NCBI RefSeq assembly: GCF_018977255.1 | Contig: NW_024704742.1 | Span: 92,196,001 to 92,260,000, forward strand | Length of the DNA: 64,000 nucleotides | Direction: 5' to 3' | Source: Callorhinchus milii | Taxonomy: Eukaryota | Shown here: positions 12,275 to 25,646 of the stretch, piece by piece | How the letters are laid out: each line of letters opens with the position of its first letter | Numbering within the stretch: the stretch's first letter is position 1 | Notes under the pieces: model-generated | Seen by the model: only the letters and a program-made list of their open reading frames with translations | The model's database searches: none | Told to the model about the DNA's origin: nothing | Program-made: the position numbers and the translations under genes

Positions 12275-13432
12275 TTAGGTTCTGTACTTGAATGGTTCAG
12301 CTCTCATACCGTCTCCAATTTGTCTCTACCAACGGTTTCTCTTCCAGTCCCCGCACAGTTTTGTGCGGTGTTGCTCAGAGCTGTCCTTGGTCCCCTCCTC
12401 TTCAAACTCAACATGCTCCATCTTGGTGATATCATCTGCAGACATGGGGTCAACCTCCATCCAACTGATGCCCTGACAGAGATTGAGTCCTGGATGAGAG
12501 CCAACTTTCTACAGCTGAATGTCAACAAGACTGAGGCTCTCCTGATTGGCTCACGCCAGCGCCTCCGCAACCCAGGCACTGGCAGGATCAGCAGCCACGG
12601 ATACACACTCCACCTCACCAAGCCGGTCAGGAAGCTGGGCATCTTGTTTAACCTTCAACAGTGTTCTGTGAAGCGCTTTGGGACGTCCTCCCGACGTGAA
12701 AAGCGCTATATCAAATGCAAGGATTATTAACTGTCCTTTCTCCCCCATATCCATGCCATGACCCGTTCTGCCTTACCACACCTCCACAACATTGCCCAAC
12801 TCCGCTACAGCCTCACCCCTCAGGCCCCCGAAACCCTCATATAAGCATTCGTCACCTCAAGGATCGACTATGGAAACTCCCTCGTCAGCCTCCCCAACTC
12901 TTCCCTCCACGAGCTGCACTTCATCCAGAACTCTGCAGCTCGAGTCCTCTCCCACATCAGGCTCCATGACCCCATCACCCCCACCCTCGCCCGACTCCAC
13001 TGGCTCTCCATCCCTCAGAGGATAGAATTCAAAATCCTGGTCCTCACTTTCAAGGCCCTCCACGGCCTTGCCCCTATCTCTCTGACCTGCTAAACTCTTA
13101 TCAACCTGTCCGCTCCCTCCTCTCAGCCGGCTCTGGCCTGCTCCGTGTCTCCCGCCCGACCCGCCCTACCATCAGCGGCCGGGCTTTTAGCCTCTCTGCC
13201 CCCACCCTTTGGAACTCCATCCTGCAATCACTTTGCCTTGCTTCCTCCCTTGCCTCTTTCAAGGCACGATTCAAGACCTTCCTTTTCAACCGTACCTTCA
13301 GCCACCCCCCAACCTCTCTGCCCTCCCTCATCCCCAACCCTGGCCCCCCATGCACGGGTCCTGAACCCCAACTGTTCAGCGGCTTGGGACAGCCTCCTGA
13401 CGTGAAAGGCGCTTTACAAATGTAATTTTGTT
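12275..13432 (+). mobile_element. L2 LINE 3' portion (RT and C-terminus) with nested SINE tail at ~12660-12728
   Basis: Encodes VLGPLLF and IESWMRANFLQLNVNKTEALLIG, followed by the LHWL region and the L2 3' end. Confidence 0.9.
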
Positions 13433-13780
13433 CTTATTTTATTTATATATTTTTAATATCTCCACTGTAGGTCACCATGTGACTTTCTCAAGGCTTGAGG
13501 GATTAGATCTGTATACACTGGAACAGAGGAGACTGATGGATCTTGAGGTCTTCCAAGATTCTGTAAAGAATCATCCACAGCTGGCAAGATCTTCAGTCAA
13601 CACGTAGATGTTTTATTCCCCCAAATTGGCCTTGGGGATATTTGGCTTTGAATGGTTGGTAAAAGGATAGAAGTGCAGTTATGATATTGAGTGCAAGGAG
13701 GTGATTTAACCCAGAAGCATTGTGAGGCCTGTGACTCTTTTTCCATTGTTTTAATAATCCATACACATGTTGGGAAGAGG

Positions 13781-13985
13781 AATAATAATAATCCTTGCAT
13801 TTGATATAGCGCTTTTCACATCTTCTAGACGTCCCAAAGCGCTTCACAAAATACACTGGAAAGTGAATTGACTGTATATTTGTGGGCGAACGCGGAAGCC
13901 AATTGCGAACAGCAATGTCCCACAAACAGTCGTAGATTGAAAATGACCAATTTATTATTGTTTTGTTTTTTGGAGGGATTATTAT
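13781..13985 (-). mobile_element. SINE 3' half
   Basis: aataataatccttgcatttgatatagcgcttttcac... tail and body nearly identical to the copy at 19321. Confidence 0.8.
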
Positions 13986-14559
13986 GTAAGGTGACTACTG
14001 CAAGGATTATTGTTGTATAATAATGAGGGTCAAAATTTGCTTGAAATGTAAATGTGATGCTTATATTTTCACATTCTCCAAAATTTGTATAATTTGCTCA
14101 CATCTACAATCTCAACTTTGCTTTCATCAATCTCTAAATCTTGTTTAATGCCTCTTTAAAAGCAGTGTATGCAAATTGCAAATATTCTAAATATGACAAT
14201 ACTGAGTTTCATGCTGAAAATAACTGCTCTGATCACTTGCTTTTAAAATGTTCTCTCAAATGTATCTTTGTGCAACAAGGAAGACCAGCATTTTTAAAAA
14301 TATTTTAATACTTTGCTCTGTGACTAATTAAGAAAAGAGAATCTGGAGTATAATCCCTTCTCTGTATTTGTACTACCAACTTCCAGAGATTGATTCATCC
14401 CCAATGTAAATAAATTGCTCATGATTCCACTATCTTCAATTATAGGCAGAGATATAAGAGATCATCAAATGAACCATCCTCAAAGGAGTCATTACTCCAG
14501 ATTACCCAGCAAATAAATGTTCAAAATTGAAATAGACAGAGAAAAAGCTAGAAGGAAAG

Positions 14560-14571
14560 TTTAATTTTATT
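14560..14571 (-). terminator. Candidate polyadenylation signal of TMEM38B (AATAAA followed by ATTAAA)
   Basis: Minus strand reads aAATAAAATTAAActttccttctagctttttctctgtc with a T-rich downstream stretch. It closes a ~1.5 kb repeat-free, AT-rich segment after the stop codon. Confidence 0.5.
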
Positions 14572-16047
14572 TTCATATCCTTCAACCAAAATGCACCTAT
14601 TTCAAAACTAATGCACATTGATCAATGACAATTTTGTTACATTTACAAATCACTGTTAACTTAACATCTATCATAAAAGTGATCAAGAAATTATCCAGTA
14701 CCTTTAGGATGAATATGGTAATTTAGTTTAAGATGAGTACCAAACAATACATGAAAATTACAATCACTTGCAAGACATTTTGTTCATTTTATAGGCATGC
14801 AGCTAGCTTCCTTAAGCACCGTAGGCATATGTTTAAATTCTCTGTTCTCATTTGATGCTTATGATTAATAGCTGCTTCACAGTATTGTCAACCCAAAGAA
14901 TAAATGAAGATATATTCTCCTATGTAAAAGGTTTTCAAAAAGTACAATCTTAGAAAATTTGAAAATACATGCGAAAAAAAATCTTTACCTCATTTTGTCA
15001 TTTTAAATAGTAAATACACAAATACATGTTTACAAAAGAAATGCTACACCTTTAAACAGTGAACACTTAAGAAACTGTCATAACAATGTATGCGCTTTAT
15101 CATCAAAGTGTATGTGTGTATAGGTGTGTTTGTGTGGATGAGCATAATATGGATCTGAACATGCGCAAGGAAAAAGGGGAAATTCAGGGTTCTGGATATT
15201 AAACAAAATGAAACCATTTCATATCTAGTATACAGAATCTAGATTTAGATGTAAAATTTAATCTCCAAATTGAGACATATTTTAAAATAAACAAGCTTAT
15301 TAAGTCGGTGTGAAAATTCAAAATGTTGACTCTAGCCAATAACTATTCCAATGGATGTTATCATAAACAGGATTATGATGACTGACGTGTAATTATTAAT
15401 ATCTGAAAGCTGAGGATGCAAAATAAGGAAAACCCAAGGTTAGGACTCAATGATGGATTCATTACGTGTCCATTCTAGAACCCATTTCCTTCTCTTCACC
15501 AGCAATCACGTTAAGACTGAGGAAAACCAGAGTACAAAGGTCAGGCTCAAACTCAGGTCTCCCATTTGTTATTCCAAAACATCAAGAGTGTCTGGTTGAT
15601 CATTTAACAGGAATAAATAACTGAAAATGTAGGATTTCTGTTGACTTTAAATACATTTTTATACGCACTACAATCTTAAAAAATATTTTAAGCTTGGTAT
15701 AAATATTAAAAGTTTTCTCAACATTTTCATTACACTAAAAAGGCAGGTGTTGTGCATTTTCCACTAACCATTATAACAAACCCACAGTAACCTAGAAAAA
15801 TAAAGCTATCACCAAAAGTCAATGTATTATTCCAAAATCTAAGTTAGTAGGTTTTACATGGATGTCTAGTTGAACTTTAAGATTTTTCATTCATACATAT
15901 TTCAGTACCTTTTTTTGCAAATTTCTCTGTGCATCAATATTAGTATTACAAAAGGTATTTCTCAATTTCAAACTTCACAAAAAGGCTGGTTTAAAAATGT
16001 CTAACAGGAAGAAAACCTCATAGATCTTGAAGATTTCAACAAATATT

Positions 16048-16272
16048 TCAATCAGCTTTCTTCGTCTTCCGTTTTCTGACATCAGTTTCATCAGAAGTAG
16101 CACCCGAGGAAGCAGTACATTGATCATCCAGTGGCTCGCCTTTATCACAAGGTTCGGGAGTATTAAAGTGTGGGTCAGCAGAATATGATTGCCAACTGAA
16201 TGCCATATTGTACAAAGCAGCTTCCATTGGTGCAAAAGGAGAGTGATGAATTTGGAAGAGTACCATTGCAAC
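16048..16272 (-). CDS. TMEM38B: TMEM38B-like terminal coding exon 6
   Basis: Poly-T tract then ag|GTT, phase 0. Encodes VAMVLFQIHHSPFAPMEAALYNMAFSWQ...DVRKRKTKKAD*, ending in a KKxx motif. Confidence 0.92.
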   Translation of the reverse strand, partial: VAMVLFQIHHSPFAPMEAALYNMAFSWQSYSADPHFNTPEPCDKGEPLDDQCTASSGATSDETDVRKRKTKKAD

Positions 16273-17299
16273 CTAAAAAAAAAACACATTTTCCAAGTTG
16301 TTCAGATCAATCTAAATGAGTGCAAAAGAATGGCAAAGCAACTGAATAGGATTCATAAGATAAGAAACTTATCAGGAGTTTTTGACATCTTGTACAGTTT
16401 AAAATATAAAACCAAGTTATTTAGATAGTGCTGAGGTAACGGAACTGAATTCAAATTGACATTCTTGACAATTAATATATTTTTTAAAAAGCAGCAAAAT
16501 CTGGATGCAATTACAACTTAGTGATGAATTTCTTCAATTTTAAAAATATTAAGGTACTTCAAGTTGCCATAAAGGTAATATAGTACCATTCAGCATATTT
16601 ATTTTTCTGAAGTAGAATCTTGAATACAGACATTTAAATCTTTTCAACACAAGCTATGTACCTGCTTCAAAAATAGAACCACAGCACAAGAATCCCAACA
16701 CAATAATAGACCCTCCCTCTAATGCACTATTTCACAGAAGTGTAAAAAGCTTTCAGAAAAAACAAAATACTAAAGCAAGTAATATTTCCCTTCCCTTCAG
16801 GTTGACTCCTATACTTATAGAGTGACAACACCCATATGGGAGCACCAGTAAGAAACTATAAAGGTGCAAAGGTGCATTATAATGTTGATTGAGAAAAGTT
16901 TCGTATTCACTTTACACTTCTTAATCAACATTATAATGCACCTTTTCACCTTTATAGCATTTGCTACAACATAGGCAACCCAGTTGGACAATTCAAAGAG
17001 TGTTCTGCAAGAGTGCTTTGTTCTTCTCAAATCCACAGAAACCCATCACCATGCTTAGGAGTATCCAAACCAGTCAGAGTTCCAGATGCATGCCACCTAC
17101 ACAGAGAAATCTGTCTAGGGTGGAATGCACTCTTTCAATGTGGGAATACACTTTGTTTACCTAATTCTAGAAAGTGTCAGGAATAGTTTGCCAAGAGCCA
17201 AGGCTTGGGGGACCCCAGCGCAATGCAGTGAGGTATTTAACCAGCTAAAATCACCTATCCGTTAGGACTTTTGGGTGTAGTTTTGGCTTTAGGTAAGCA

Positions 17300-20200
17300 G
17301 TCACTGATTTGGAGAGTGGAGCCAGGAAAGCGTGAGGAGTCGAGGCCTAGCAGAGTGTATAAAGCCTAGCCAAGGTAAGCAGTTGCTGATTCGGAGGGCG
17401 GAGTATCTGCAGAAAAACGGCAAGTGACATCAACGTGACGTTACACTCAAACAACAGAACCAGAATTTTTTTAAAAAAAACTAAACAAAAATTAAATAAA
17501 AACCATAATAGAGTGAGAAAGAGAGGAGAGAATAGCATGGCAGGTGTTGTGCGATGACTGCAGTATATGGGAGTTGATGGAGGACAGCCTGAGCCCGGGC
17601 GACTACATCTGCAGCAAGTGTCTGCAACTTAGAGGCGCTGAGCTGGAATCCGAGGTGCAGACATTGCGCAGCATTAGGGAAGGTGAGAGCTTCCTGGGTA
17701 GTTTTGTCCAGGAGACAATCACTCCCCTGAGGCTCAGTAAATGTATGGATACTGCTACTAGTCAGGGACAGGACAGTGTGACTGACAGTCAGGTAGGCAA
17801 GGGGACCCCAGAGAGTGGTGGAGAAGCCTCAGGCTTTAACCTTGTCCAACAGGTACGCAGTACTTGCAACCTGTGTGGACAAGGAAGTCTGTAAGGAGGA
17901 AGATGGGCAAACTCACCCCAACACCTCTATACAGGAGGCCATACAAGTGTGGGGAGCAAAACGGAATGTGGTTGTGATAAGGGACGAGACAGTCAGCCGG
18001 ACAGACACTCTTCTCTGCAGCTGCAACCACGAGTCACGAAGGCTCTGTTGCCTTCCTGGCGCCAGGGTTAAGGACATCTCTTTAGGGCTACAGAAGAATT
18101 TGAAGCAGGAAGGGGATGATCCAACTGTGATGATCCACATAGCAACCAACAATATAAGTAGAACTAGTAGTGACGACCTGAGGAGTAAATTCAATGAACT
18201 GGGAAAAAAATTAAAAGGAAGAACTTCTAAGGTCATAATCTCTGGTTTATTACTTGAGCCATGTGCAAATTGGTACAAGGACAAATAAATTAAGGAGTTA
18301 AACGCTGCCTGAAAGAGTGGTGCAGGAGGCAGGGGTTTTGTTTTATGGGCCACTGGCACCCGTATTGGGGGAAAAGGGAGCTGTTCCATCGAGATGGGTT
18401 CCACTTAACCGGGCTGGGACCAATGTCCTGGCAAAACGATTAAATGGGGAGATAGGCAGAGCTTTAAACTATTAAGGTGGGGGGGAGGGAGATTTACAAC
18501 TACAGTGAAACGTAAACCGACATTGCAAGGAACAGTCATGGCTGTAGAGCAGAGCAGCGACTTGGGAGATAAAGAACAGAGTGTGTCAAGAAGGGACAAA
18601 AGCTCAACAAAGGAAATAGGGCATTAACGAATAGGGGAAATAGTAAAAAGTCAAAATTAAATGCACTATATCTGAATGCACGAAGCATTTGTAACAAGAT
18701 AGACATATTAAGTGCACTAATAGAGATAAATGGGTACGATTTAGTGGCTATTACTGAGACATGGTTACAGGGAGGGTAGGAACTAAACATTCCGGGGTAT
18801 TTGACATATAGGAAAGATAGGCAATGTGGAAAACGAGGTGGGGGGGTAGCCCTGCTAATAAAGCATGAGATAAAAACAGTAGAGAGGAAGGATTTTAAAT
18901 CAGAAAATCAGGATGTAGAGTCAGTATGGGTGGCGGTCATAAACAACAAGGGGCAGAAAACACTAGTGGGAGAAGTTTATAGATCCCCAAACAACAGTTA
19001 CAGTATTGGGCAGAGTACTAATCAGGATATTAGAGGAGCATGTAACAAGGGGAATGCACTAATAGTGTGTGATTTCAATCTTCATATAGACTGGGAAAAC
19101 CAAATTGGCAAAAGTAAATTGGAGGAGGAATTTATAGAATCCATTGGAGATAGTTGTCTAGAACAGTATGCTGAGGAACTAACCAGGGAACAGGCTATCC
19201 TATATCTTGTTTTGTGTCATGAAATATGGCTAATCAGCAATCTGGAAGTTAAGGCTCCTCTTGGGCAGAGTGACCATAACATGATGGAATTTAACATTAA
19301 GTTAGAGAATGATACAGTTGAATAATAATAATAATCCTTGCATTTGATACAGCGCTTTTCACGTCTTCTAGACATCTCAAAGCACTTCACAGAAGAATGT
19401 AAATAGAATTGACTGTATATTTGTGGGCGAAACGCGGCAACCAATTGCACACAGCAGTGTCCCACAAACAGTCGTGGATTGAAATGACCAATTAATTATT
19501 TTTTTGAGGGATTATTATCAGGCGTGTGGAGTAAGGAAACTTGCCCAAAGTTTCACTCTGCCAGGAATCGAACCCAGGTCTCTCGCTTGCAAATCGAGTG
19601 CTCTAACCACTGAATCCGAAGCAAGGGTCTTAAATCTAAATATAGCCAACTTTGCAGCTATGAGAGAAGATTTGGCTAAAATAGATAGGAAATTAGATTA
19701 AAAAATGACAGCAGACCAGCAATGAAAAACGTTTAAAGATAATTCCCAGCAATCACATATTCCCTTGAAAAATAAAATTACCACGGGTTAATCGTGGCTA
19801 ACTAGAGAAGTTACGATAAGCATAAAATTAAAAGAGGCCTATAATACTGCCAAAAAGGACAATAAACCTGAGGATTGGGAGGATATTAGAGATCAGCAAA
19901 AGAAAACCAAGAAACTGATTAAAAGGGAGAAAATGGAATATGAGGGTAAACTAGCTAGAGATATAGACAGATTATAAGAGTTTTTACAAGTACATAAAGA
20001 GAAAGAGACTATCAGAAGTGACTGTGGGTCCAGTGCAGGCAGAGACAGGAGAAATTATAATGGGGAATAAAGAAATGGCAAAGTCATTAAACAAATATTT
20101 TGCTTCTGTCTTCATGTTAGAGGACACTGAAAACTTACCAAAAATAGAGGGGAACCTGGAGGCTAATGTTATTGAGGAATTTAAAGAAATGAACAGCAGT

Positions 20201-21810
20201 AAAGCAATAGTACTAGAGAAATTGATAGGATTAAAAACTGATAAATCCCCTGGACCTAATGGCCTGCATCCTAGGGTTTTAAAAGAGGTGGCTGTAGAGA
20301 TAGTGGTTGCTTTGTTTTTGATCTTCCAAAATTCCCTGGATTCTGGAATGGTTTCCATTAATTGGGAGGTCGCAAATGTAATGCCGATAATTAAGGCGGG
20401 TGGGAGACAAAAAATGGGGAACTATAGATCAGTTAGTCTGACATCAATGGTAGGGAAAATTCTAGAGTCCTTAATTAGGGACATCGTCGTGGGGTACTTA
20501 GAAAATCATAACATGATTAGGCAGAGTCATCATGGCTTTATGAAAGAGAAATCATGTTTAACAAATCTTTTAGAGTTTTTTGAGGATGTAACTTGCAGGT
20601 TAGATAGGAGGGAACCAGTAGATGTGGTGTATTTGGATTTCCAGAAGGCATTGGACAAGATGCCACATAAAAGGTTGTTGCATAAGATTACAGCCCATGG
20701 AATTAAGGGTAATATATTAGCATGGATTGGAGAGTGGCTAACAGGAAGAAAATAGAGAGTAGGGATAAACGGGTCCTTCTCAGATTGGCAGGATGTGACA
20801 AGTGGAGTGCCACAAGGATCAGTGCTTGGGCCTCAATTATTTACTGTCCATATCAATGATTTAAATTAGGAAATAGAACTTAACATATCTAAATTCGCAG
20901 ATAAGAAGAAGATAGGTGGGACAGTAAGCTGTGAGGATGACACACGAAGAATGCAAAGGGAAATAGACAGGCTAGGTGAGTGGGCAAGAAGGTGGCAGAT
21001 GGAGTATAATGTGGGGAAGTGTGAAGTTATTCACCAAGATAGTAAAAATAGAAAAGCGGATTATTTTCTAGAGGGGGAGAGACTAGTTCAGAGGGATTTG
21101 GGTGTCCTTGTACACCAGTCTCAAAAACGTAGTATGCAGGTACAGCAAGCAACTAGGAAAGCTAATGCCATGTTGGCGTTCGTTGCAAAAGGGTTAGAGT
21201 ACAAGAGTAGGGAAATCTTGCTGCAGCTGTAGAAGGCCTTGGTGAGACCGCACCTAGAATACTGTGTTCAGTTTTGATCTCCTTACTTAAGAAAGGACAT
21301 ACTCGCCTAAGAGGGGGTGCAGCGTAGATTCGCGAGGTTGGTTCCTGGGATGAGGGGGTTGACCAATGAGGATAGGCTGAGTACACTAGGCCTATATTCT
21401 CTAGAATATAGAAGAATTAGAGGTGATCTTATAGAAACCTATAAGATTCTTAAGGATCTTGACAGGATAGATAGTGAGACTGTTTTCCCTGGTTGGAGAA
21501 TCTAAAACTAGGGATCATAGTCTCAAGATTAATGGTCAGTCTTTTCGAACTGAGCTGAAGAAACATTTCTTCACTCAGAGAGTAATGAATTTGTGGAATT
21601 CTCTACCCCAGAAGGCTGTGGATGCTCAGTCCTTGAACATATTCAAGACTGAGGTTGATAGATTTCTAAAGGACAGAGGGATTAAGGGATATGGGGATAG
21701 GGCGGGTAAATGGAATTAGGTTAGAAGATCAGTCATGATCGTATTAAATGGCGGGGCAGGCTCGAGGGGCCAAATGGGCTACTCCTGCTCCTACATTTTA
21801 TGGTCTTTAG
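17300..21810 (+). mobile_element. Near full-length, inactivated CR1 LINE in TMEM38B intron 5 (antisense to the gene)
   Basis: ORF1 remnant with CxxC...CxxC finger and SGNH-esterase-like CCLPGARVKD / MIHIATNNI; APE endonuclease (YRKDR..GGGVALL, DFN, SDH); RT (KSPGPNGLHPRVLKE, YRSVSLTS, VYLDFQKA); CR1 3' end. Multiple stops and frameshifts. Confidence 0.95.
19321..19612 (-). mobile_element. tRNA-derived SINE nested in CR1 ORF2
   Basis: Full tail and body with a 5'-clipped tRNA head; CR1 sequence resumes at tgaatccgaagc. Confidence 0.88.
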
Positions 21811-22401
21811 GGTGTAGCCTTGGGCTGTCCTCCTTACGTGAAATGTGCTATACAAATGTAATTTGTTGTTTTTGTAGTGATAACAGCTGAATGGGAAGAA
21901 TCCCCGTCCCGTTAACCACATAAAGTCATGCATCTTTTCTGACCACATAAAATCCTATCTTTACATATATCTACTTTCCACATTAGATTGCTCAGGTAAT
22001 GGATATAACATTAGAAGTGATAGACTGACTGAAAAATAAACTACTGACCATTCCAGATAGGAAAATAGTACATCACTCATAAGAAGGAAATACCAGTGCC
22101 TAATTCACTGTCTCATTAAAATGTTCATTTAACAAGTAAAATTATAAACTGTATTTTGACCAATTTAAATTGGTTTACAAAGGATCAAAATGGGGAATAA
22201 CAATTTTCAATAGCAACTGAACTTTTTTAAAAAAAAAACATTTTTGAAGGCTGAAATACAGTTGCTACCACCAATTATACAAATCGCAAAGGGAATCATT
22301 TCTAATCCATTCCAGTATATGTGAAACAGCTGAAAATGAACTTGAAAAATGTGCCCTAAACACTAATGTATTCCAATATTATGATATGTGATCTGATAAG
22401 G

Positions 22402-22810
22402 TTCAAGGGGAGATGAAATTCATTTGGTGTCTTATTATTTTAATATTCAAAATGTCAAAAATTGTTTGAGTCAGAGTGGCATATCCATTTTCGGAGGCAA
22501 AATTGACTTTCTCGTTTGAGGGTACCATTAGACAGATTTCCAAGTCCAAGAACCCAAAAAATAAAAATGTGTCATGTCTGCTATCACAAGTTATCAGTAC
22601 GATTCCCAATATGTACAATCTGATTTTTGAAATCAAAGGGAAAAAGAGAAGAAGAATATGCAGCCCCAATGGAAGAGCCCCAATGGAATGGAACAGATAG
22701 TGATTCTATCTAAGAAAATTGAAATGCCATTCTAACTGACTACATCTGACATTTTGAATATCGAAATAATAAGTCACCAAATTGGTTATATTGACGACTC
22801 TTCTTTTTAA
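22402..22810. mobile_element. Non-autonomous DNA transposon (MITE) with long inverted repeats
   Basis: 22422-22457 and 22747-22782 are inverted repeats matching at 33 of 36 positions; no coding capacity between them. Confidence 0.65.
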
Positions 22811-24569
22811 AAAGGTTTTTCTGTGAACTAATGTGTCCATTGCCAGCAGTTCTCAGTGCTTTGTGGTTCAATTAATCTAATCTACTACCATCAATCAAAT
22901 ATCGTGTGTCTTGTACACACAAAGTCTTAGCAAAACTCCTATGAAACAAATAGCCTTGGTCAGAGAAGACCAACCAGTATTTTAAACAGATGGGTAACAG
23001 ATCCAAAACAAACCAAAAATACAGGCAGGAATGAGCCTTTACAACTTCCTTGGGCCTTAAGACTCAGCAACTGCAAGAAAATGCAAGTTTGAATCTAGCA
23101 CTGCTGTTAAATAATTGCTGGTTAGTGTTTTGCTAGAAAAGATATTGGACTTTGATATATACAACTAAAATAGCCTATAAGTCTGTAAAGAATTATAATC
23201 ATTGATATAATAAGGATAATGAACTGGGAGAAACTTTTAATCTCATTCACACAATTCCCAGTTAAAGTGAGATGAACCATAATTCATGAATGCCACCTTT
23301 GAGCAAATAGGGGAAAGAGTAGGGAGATACAAAGGCAATCTAATATTTTAGAACTGTCCTTGATTAAAACATTCAATCCAGAGAGCATTGGGGTAGACAG
23401 ATATGAAAAATAAATCACTGTACACTGTTCATTTTGGACTGTTCATAGTCACTGCAAATGCTTGACAGAAGAGCAGCTTCATTGGACATATTTTCTGTCT
23501 GAAATACGTGATTTACTGCCATGCAAAAACAACTTTCTAGTCGTTAAATATCTGTTGGGATGTATTCGTATTTTACAAAACAATTTTAGTGCAGTGATGA
23601 GGATAGAAATTTAGCAATGTAATCAATTTTGGGTGTGGAAAAGGAAATTATGCATTCAAATCTTCAGCTGTTTAGGTGGTATATTTATTTATTAGCAATA
23701 GAGGTTCTTAAATACTGTATTAGCAAGCAATCCCATCATTTACTTTTTTTTAAAAAGGCAAAAATATCATCCCAACTGTTGAGCTGAGAGCAAATTCAAT
23801 TAATAATTTAACTTCAGATTCAATCAGTGGAATTTTGAAAGTCAGCTGGAATACTTGATTTACATGTCGTCTAAGACTTACAGCATTTCTGCCAGAAAGA
23901 ATCTTGGGCAGATATCAGGATTATGTGTAGTTCAAGACAGTTTCAAGGATCCAAAAGACAAAATTCAAAGTACAAAACAACATGTGAAAGATAATTTAGA
24001 TGGGCAGCAAAGTTAATTTAAATCCCTTCTTTCCTACATAAATAAGGATTAACTGAAAATATACAAGGCTAAAAAGAATGAGATTTGTAGAATTTATTGT
24101 AATGATGAAGAGCTACTTTTTGTAACTAGCTTATATAAACTTTATTAAATTCAAATAAAAATGTTGAGGATTATTGTGATAACTAAGATTTTTTTAAAGA
24201 AATGAAAAAATTAATTTATGTAGCTCCAATGACAAGATTATATTTATAATGAAAACAATGGTGGTATCCGTTAACTGATAATTTTGCTTCAGATCAGCTT
24301 TTCTCTGGAAATTAAGAATTAAATCTCAAGGAACTACTGTTTTGCAGAAGTTGATAGTAAAATATTGGTCCATGGATAACCAAAATAAAACAAGTGTATG
24401 CTGCGTAAAAATTATTCATTTCAATTTAAAAAATTACAACATTTTTACAGTCTTGTATTTTCATGGGTTAAAAAGTAATGCAGGATGCCGTATGACGTAC
24501 AAAAAATGGCCAGCCATAGTCAGAGAAATAAACATTGCTTGGAAAATTTCATGGCACGTCAAGCTTGCA

Positions 24570-25075
24570 GCATACAAGACCCATATGCAAATAGTTCTCC
24601 TTTATGTATCTGAGCTCCAGAGGATGCAGTGGAGAGGCTTACTCTGGCCCCACTTGCAAAGCCCAAGATCAACCAGTCAGGTGGATTTGTTGCAAACACA
24701 GGAACGACTACCAGGGAGTGAGGGCTCCGGCCTACACTGACCTGTCACTAAGCAACCTGGAGACAGATTCACAGCGGTCAGGTCTATTTGCCAAGGTCCC
24801 TCACATGAGGACTTGGATTAAGCAGCCGGTGCTGAGTAAGCCTTGTACGCAGGATTGGACTTGGATCTTGGGAACATCAAGGGGGCCAGCATACCACAAT
24901 CTGTTGTGTAAAGGTCTGCCCAACACGCTGAAGGCAGATACCCATTAGATAGCTGATGAGGAAACTCTTAGAGGCTTAGAGAGACAGCTGCTGGAAGGCA
25001 TTACCTGGAGTCTGAGTTAGTGAACACACATCTGGATCCACCTTGATTGGCCTGCAGAGAGGTAAGCAGCAACTC
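24570..25075 (+). mobile_element. Fragment of the non-CR1/L2 LINE also present at 41410-42620
   Basis: Closely matches the reverse complement of ~41540-42045 (both give LSS.GCSGEAYSG...QEVRAPAYTDLSLSNLETDSQR-type translations). Confidence 0.8.
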
Positions 25076-25099
25076 TCAGGGAGTTCCTGTGAGTTCCAT

Positions 25100-25646
25100 C
25101 TATTTAGTGAGGGTTCAAACCCACACTTGTCAGATGTCAAACGACCAACTAGTGATATTTGGCAACGGAACGTCAGAATTGAGCCAGACCTCTGTGACAG
25201 TCTCAGCAGTGCAGTTCCTGAGCCAGGCAGCTCTGCAGTACTCCAAAGCATTGCTGATGATAGCACAGCCATCACGGCCTATCGGGCAGACGAGCCACTG
25301 GGTACGGGGACTCCTCCACTCAGCTCCTGTTAACCCTGCAAGCCAAAGCCCCAAGAGTCCTACCTAGACAAGCAACGGTAAAGCTTGCCAGACAGTGCTA
25401 TCAATGATAAGCTAAATGGTTTTAGCTGGTTAGACTCAGTACCCCAACGCACATCCTGAGGTCCCCAACTTGCACCTAAATTAGTTAAATAGGATGCGTC
25501 CTTCCAGGGAGCGAGTGCACATTCTATTCCAATAAATATCTCTGGAATTTCCATGTATAGGTAGTTGTTTGGAACTCTGTTTGGTTACTCTTAAGCACGG
25601 TGACGGATTTCCGCATGTGTCAGACACCCAGCTGACCAAAAAAAAC
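25100..25646 (+). repeat. Unclassified interspersed repeat ending in an A tract
   Basis: Shared core ttagctggttagac..cccc..gtccccaa..ttaggtaa. Related copies at ~3230-3532 (+), 17030-17260 (-), 30555-30660 (-), 40690-41073 (+) and 58490-59055 (+). Confidence 0.7.

Noticed and set aside
20018..20755. 245-aa RT ORF as a functional or domesticated gene
   Set aside because: It is an internal piece of a CR1 with stops on both sides and a decayed catalytic motif (FADK instead of FADD).
24953..24970. CTGATGAGGAAAC as a hammerhead core (also CTGATGA at 25254, 30422 and 54750)
   Set aside because: No stem II between the cores or no downstream GAAA with pairing stems; chance words.
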